The translations under genes and the position numbers were made by a program. 64,000 bases of DNA from positions 1 to 64,000 of the IMG/VR virus record IMGVR_UViG_3300032770_000017. One strand, written 5' to 3'. Positions 59,898 through 64,000 of the stretch are shown here, piece after piece. Below the pieces are notes generated by a model that saw nothing but the letters and a program-made list of their open reading frames with translations, ran no database searches and was not told the DNA's origin. The stretch comes from a virus. Numbering within the stretch: position 1 is the stretch's first letter; each line of letters begins with the position of its first letter.

Positions 59898-60275
59898 ATG
59901 TGGCCGTTCGATCACCCGTTCAGCGCTTACACCTGGCCGGGGCCGTTCGGGTGGTTCGCCCGGGAGTGCCCGGGCAACATCGTCGCCGGCTTCGCCCAGG
60001 GGGCCATCGCCGCCGTAGTCGCCATGCTGCTCTGGCCGCCGACACGCCACGCCATCCACCGCTTCGTCGATGAGAAGCTCAAGCCGGTGCACGAGCACTT
60101 CGCCCGCCAGTCCGAGCACAACCGGTGGATGGCCGAGCACATGGCGCGCGTCCACCTGGCGGCGACGGGTGAGCATGCCGCCGATCACCCCGAGCACGGC
60201 GCGCTGACACACCCCGAGCCGACGCCGCCACGGTCCCACCACAAGAAGCAGGCAGTGGGCGGTGATGCGGCATGA
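59898..60275 (+). CDS. Membrane protein with His-rich tail
   Basis: GNIVA + TM. Confidence 0.55.
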   Translation: MWPFDHPFSAYTWPGPFGWFARECPGNIVAGFAQGAIAAVVAMLLWPPTRHAIHRFVDEKLKPVHEHFARQSEHNRWMAEHMARVHLAATGEHAADHPEHGALTHPEPTPPRSHHKKQAVGGDAA

Positions 60276-60808
60276 GCTTCACCCCGATCGTGCTCACCGG
60301 TCAGTGGCAGAAGCCCGACGGCTCACCGGCGGCGGGGTCGGTGGTGGCGAGCCTCACTGAGGGTCTGGTGAACACCTCGCAGCCAGCGGCGCAGATCGTC
60401 AACTTCGCCTATCTGGACGCCAACGGCAACCTGGCCATGCCCGTCTACGCGGACAACGACACTGGCACCAATCCCGTCGGTTCGCAGTACTACTGCACCG
60501 TCACCATCATCGGGTCGCCGCGCACAGCGGGCTACATCGTTGTGCCCGCGGTGCCAGCAGGATCGCGTTCCGTAACTGACGCCGTGATCGCCGAAAGCTC
60601 CACCACACTCACCAGCGCCACCGCTTCGTTCACTGGCGCGGATGTGGGGAAGTTCGTCTACTCGCCGGATCTGGTCGTCGGCACCGCGATCGCCAGCGTG
60701 ACGAACTCGACCACCGTGGTGGTGAGCCTGCCGGCCCTCGCGTCGGGCACGGGCCAGACGCTGCTCATCGGCGCCAGCGCGAGCCTGCCGGCGCTACTCG
60801 CGGCCTAG
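60272..60808 (+). CDS. Virion-type protein carrying the shared Ser/Thr-rich domain
   Basis: G....PDG.PA.G.V...LDANG...N.D....P.G..Y head; C-terminal shared domain. Confidence 0.7.
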   Translation: MSFTPIVLTGQWQKPDGSPAAGSVVASLTEGLVNTSQPAAQIVNFAYLDANGNLAMPVYADNDTGTNPVGSQYYCTVTIIGSPRTAGYIVVPAVPAGSRSVTDAVIAESSTTLTSATASFTGADVGKFVYSPDLVVGTAIASVTNSTTVVVSLPALASGTGQTLLIGASASLPALLAA

Positions 60809-61027
60809 AACGTCAGAAGCCGCCCCGATAACCTGCTCGATGGGCTGGTCGGTGTTGTCAATGGTGTCCGAACCGGAAGGCGCCCGATCAGCCCAGCGCC
60901 ATCCGCTCGCTGTTCCGTGCTTGCCAGGGTGTCCGACCGGGAACTCACACCACCGGGGCGTTCCTGTACCTGCTGGCTTCACGCTCGGACAGTTGGGGGC
61001 GTCGTCCGAGTGTTGCTCACCCATCAC
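60794..61027 (-). CDS. Small C/H-rich hypothetical protein
   Basis: C....GH.G.H.....W motif; GGAGG RBS. Confidence 0.5.
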   Translation of the reverse strand: MMGEQHSDDAPNCPSVKPAGTGTPRWCEFPVGHPGKHGTASGWRWADRAPSGSDTIDNTDQPIEQVIGAASDVLGRE

Positions 61028-61363
61028 TTACCTCCTCCGCTCGGGGTCGACGAGGACCTCGAACGATGATGATGAGGTGAGGTCAGTGTCACAAGCAACG
61101 CAACGCCACCACCCTTCGTACTCGTACGCCTCGGTGTGCGGGCACCGGAGAAGGGCTTTGAGCGCCTCAGGATTGTGCGGCAGAGGTATGGCCGAATCCC
61201 ACTCGGCCCGGACGGCGTTGAGCACGACGTCGACCTTGGCGTAGTCGTAGGCCCCCGGCTCGCAGTCGTCGCGGGTGCAGAGCACACCGTGCTGGCACCA
61301 CGACAGGTGGAGGTCTCTTGCTGCCCGCTCACGGGCGGCTTGGGTCAGAACCGCCTCAATCAC
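61028..61363 (-). CDS. Cys-rich hypothetical protein
   Basis: Coupled in the minus-strand operon. Confidence 0.5.
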   Translation of the reverse strand: MIEAVLTQAARERAARDLHLSWCQHGVLCTRDDCEPGAYDYAKVDVVLNAVRAEWDSAIPLPHNPEALKALLRCPHTEAYEYEGWWRCVACDTDLTSSSSFEVLVDPERRR

Positions 61364-61928
61364 GTTCGGTCACGTTCTCCCCAACGGGGAAGTCGCGGCG
61401 CTTGAGCTTTGCCATGCGGCCGTCCGGGTGATGCCAGACGATCCCCTCGAAGTCGCTGTCGGCCAGCCAGTCACGTAGGCCGTCGAAATCGCGCGGCAAC
61501 TCGGTGATCTCAGCGATGCCGTGACGAATCAACGAGTGGACGGTGTAACCCTCGGGGTTGCCGTTGACCCGTGGGCCGCACAGCTCATAGGTGCCAGGCT
61601 CGATATCGCCACGGTCGGTCAGCGCCTCCTCAATCCATATGGCAAACCCGGACTGCTCGGCTGGGAGCCAGCCGACCGTCTTGCCGGTCGTCTCGTCATG
61701 CTCGACCTCGACGAAGTTGGCGGGCGGCATCTTGCCGGGCTTGACCTCGCGACGGGCGTACGCCTTCACGGCGACGCCGTCGCGGCGGATGAGGACGCAG
61801 GTGCCGTCGAACTTGCGGGTCGGGACGCCTTCCCCGGCGAGCACCCACTCGCAGCCGGGGTTGACCTCGGGTATCACGTACTTGCGGTTCTCCGGGTCGC
61901 GGACAAACAGCGTCGGGATCTTACGCAC
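61356..61928 (-). CDS. DUF5565/Rlig1-like RNA ligase family protein
   Basis: KIPTLF.RD, motif I RKFDGT, TYELCGP..NGNP, EGIVWH, MAKLKRRDF. Confidence 0.75.
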   Translation of the reverse strand: MRKIPTLFVRDPENRKYVIPEVNPGCEWVLAGEGVPTRKFDGTCVLIRRDGVAVKAYARREVKPGKMPPANFVEVEHDETTGKTVGWLPAEQSGFAIWIEEALTDRGDIEPGTYELCGPRVNGNPEGYTVHSLIRHGIAEITELPRDFDGLRDWLADSDFEGIVWHHPDGRMAKLKRRDFPVGENVTERD

Positions 61929-62202
61929 TCGTCTCCTCTCCTAACCCTCAGCGACCAGACTCGGTGTCATTGGGACCGCCCGGGACGGGAACGCTGGTGG
62001 TCATCGCCCCTCCTTCCAGGCAGGCCGCCGCCGGGTGGCCGTCATCCAGTTCGGTCGGGCCATCTGGACCGGGCGAGAAACTGGACCGAAAACTACCCGG
62101 CCCAACGGACGGCGGCGGCCCGCGCGGCAGATGGTAACGAGCCTGGTCATGCATCTATCCTAACTCAAGTGAAGAACGGGGGCAAGGGGTAAGGTTCGCG
62201 GC

Positions 62203-62919
62203 GTGCCCGTGGCGCCGAGCATCACCGACAGGCTGAAGGAATTGGCCAAAGACCTCGGGCTCGACGACGGCCGCATCGAAGCCATGCTCTCGGTACTCAC
62301 CACCGACGTGGCCTTCGACGCCACGGTGCTCTACCACCAGGCCCAGCAACTGGCCCACGACGTGGTGCGCCTGGCCGAGGACGAAGAGGCCGAGCTGGGC
62401 GTGATCAGCCAGATGCAGGCCGACGTGGCCACCCTTGGCGCCGAGGTGGCCGGGCTCCAATCCGCCCTTACTGACCTCAAAGCCGACGTAGACGCCGGGG
62501 TCGCGGCCATACTGGCCGCACTCGTGGGACCGCCCGCGAGCCCCGCTGTAGCCGCTCAAATCACCTTCACAGGAGGCACCGTGCCCGCATCCATCAGCAT
62601 CGACGACACGACCGGAGCCGCCAGCCTCGAATGGCTGGACGACCATGGCGACACCGACGCCGCCGCCCCCACCGGCAACGACGGCAACCCGGTCGTGGTC
62701 ACGTTCTCCACGGATAACGCGGGCGTGGCCACCATCGACCCGTCCTCGGGCGTGCTCAGCCCGGTCGCCGAGGGCTCGGCCAACGTCCTTGTGACGGTGA
62801 CCAACACCGATGGGTCGCCGGCCGACTTCGCCAACGGCAACCCCATCACTGCCGACCCTGCGCCGTTCTCCATCGTCGCCGGTCCCGCGGACCAGTTGGT
62901 GGTCGCGGTCAATCCCTGA
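62203..62919 (+). CDS. Coiled-coil plus Ig-like (Big_2-type) domain protein
   Basis: VTFSTDN..VATID..G.L..VAEG.A.V.VT. Confidence 0.65.
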   Translation: MPVAPSITDRLKELAKDLGLDDGRIEAMLSVLTTDVAFDATVLYHQAQQLAHDVVRLAEDEEAELGVISQMQADVATLGAEVAGLQSALTDLKADVDAGVAAILAALVGPPASPAVAAQITFTGGTVPASISIDDTTGAASLEWLDDHGDTDAAAPTGNDGNPVVVTFSTDNAGVATIDPSSGVLSPVAEGSANVLVTVTNTDGSPADFANGNPITADPAPFSIVAGPADQLVVAVNP

Positions 62920-62934
62920 TCCCAGCGGGGGAAT

Positions 62935-62988
62935 GCCGACGGCCCCGGTACCTGCTCACCCCCCCGGGCAGGTAGCCGGGGCCTCGGC
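62935..62988 (+). terminator. Long GC hairpin, probable terminator
   Basis: GGCCCCGG-TACCTGCTC / GGGCAGGTA-G-CCGGGGCC directly after the stop at 62919; no U-tract. Confidence 0.55.
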
Positions 62989-63000
62989 GCGTCTGGGCCC

Positions 63001-63029
63001 TTGCCATGGACCTTCACATGGGTTAGGAT
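63001..63029 (+). promoter_or_regulatory. Promoter
   Basis: TTGCCA-17-TAGGAT. Confidence 0.65.
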
Positions 63030-63146
63030 TGCGGGCAGGCCCGTCCCATTGGGCGCATTCTTCCTGTCTGGGCGCCCACCTCCTCCGTCTGCAAGGGGGA
63101 AGGCCGTCGGAGGAGGACGGGCCCCATCCCCCGAAGGAGGCGACGA

Positions 63147-63776
63147 GTGCAGGACGAGCCATCAGGTCTGATCGGTCAAAGTCTCTGTCGCGTCCCTGGC
63201 TGTCCTCGGCCCGTGCGTGCACGAGGCTGGTGCTTCGCCCACTGGCAGAAATGGCGGAAATACGGCGATCCACTCGTCGGTAAGACACGTCTAGTCGTCT
63301 ACAGGTCTGCTGAGGAAGCATTCTGGGCGCGCGTTTGTGTTGCCAGCCCGGATGAATGCTGGCTCTGGACCGGATCCATATCTGATGGCGGCTATGGGCG
63401 GCTGACGTTCGGAGGTCGTCAACGCTACGCGCACCAATGGTGTTATGAACTGAATATCGGACCCATCCCAGACGGGTTGGTCATTGACCACCTCTGCCAC
63501 AATGCCGATCGTGATTGTATTGAGGAGAGGCGTTGCCCTCACCGGCGGTGCTGCAACCCGGCCCATCTTGAAGCGACGACTATGGCCGAGAACCTACGGC
63601 GTGGTAACGGGCTCATAGGCCAGAATAATCGTAAGACGCATTGCAAGTACGGCCACGAGTTCACGCCCGAGAACACCGCATATAACAAAGGATGGAGACA
63701 ATGTCGACGATGCGCGGCGATCCGGCAGGGACAGATAAGGATGCGGCGACGTATGTCAGCCTTGAGGAGTTCATGA
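63147..63776 (+). CDS. HNH homing endonuclease
   Basis: CWLWTG...GYG, IDHLC..RRCCNPAHLE..T..EN.RRG, KTHC..GH. Confidence 0.9.
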   Translation: MQDEPSGLIGQSLCRVPGCPRPVRARGWCFAHWQKWRKYGDPLVGKTRLVVYRSAEEAFWARVCVASPDECWLWTGSISDGGYGRLTFGGRQRYAHQWCYELNIGPIPDGLVIDHLCHNADRDCIEERRCPHRRCCNPAHLEATTMAENLRRGNGLIGQNNRKTHCKYGHEFTPENTAYNKGWRQCRRCAAIRQGQIRMRRRMSALRSS

Positions 63777-64000
63777 CGGCCGACGAACCACCCCAGCCGT
63801 TCCAAATAAGAGACCTTCGGAGTGCCGAGTGGGCGATGACGAAACTGGTCATGGCTCATCGGCGGTTGCTCGAATTTGAGCGCCAGGCCGAGGAATGGAA
63901 AGCAAAGGTGGACGCGTGGCTCGTCCAAGTGAGCGCTGCTGATGTGCAATCGTCCGAATACTTTGAGGGTTTGCTCCAGCGCTATGTGCTGGCCCTGCGC

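Overview
A GC-rich segment of a large tailed (siphovirus-like) actinobacterial phage or prophage. It covers almost the whole morphogenesis and lysis region: terminase (5'-truncated), portal, MuF-like head protein, capsid maturation protein, major capsid protein, tail tube, adaptor, tail chaperones, tape measure, minor tail proteins, an Asp-box fibre, an amidase endolysin and holin-like genes. Portal, maturation protein, capsid and tail tube resemble mycobacteriophage cluster-B-type proteins, judged from recalled motifs. An Acidimicrobiia-like host is inferred. Main observations: (1) A ~15 kb glycosylation locus sits in the structural operon. It encodes FdtA/QdtA and FdtB/DegT-type amino-dideoxysugar enzymes, a GNAT, two methyltransferases, an oxidoreductase and several glycosyltransferases, including a three-GT-domain TPR enzyme. 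Thr-rich Gly-X-Thr collagen genes flank it, and one ~70-aa Ser/Thr-rich domain recurs in the capsid, a capsid-adjacent protein, the tail tube and a fourth protein. Together these suggest a virion glyco-coat system. (2) Three free-standing homing endonuclease genes (two HNH, one LAGLIDADG-like) share a two-hairpin leader with compensatory base changes that occludes the ribosome-binding site, and neighbouring essential genes show recoded patches. (3) A family of TAGGAT, mostly leaderless, promoters is present, some with a TCCTAA-N6-TTAGGA palindrome. (4) Host-envelope and accessory genes include an LPXTG protein, a GH12 lipoprotein, VIT1, a LysM-lysozyme, Lsr2 and an Rlig1/DUF5565-like ligase. 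All family assignments come from motif recognition by eye; no searches were run. No tRNA, rRNA, CRISPR array or integrase was seen.
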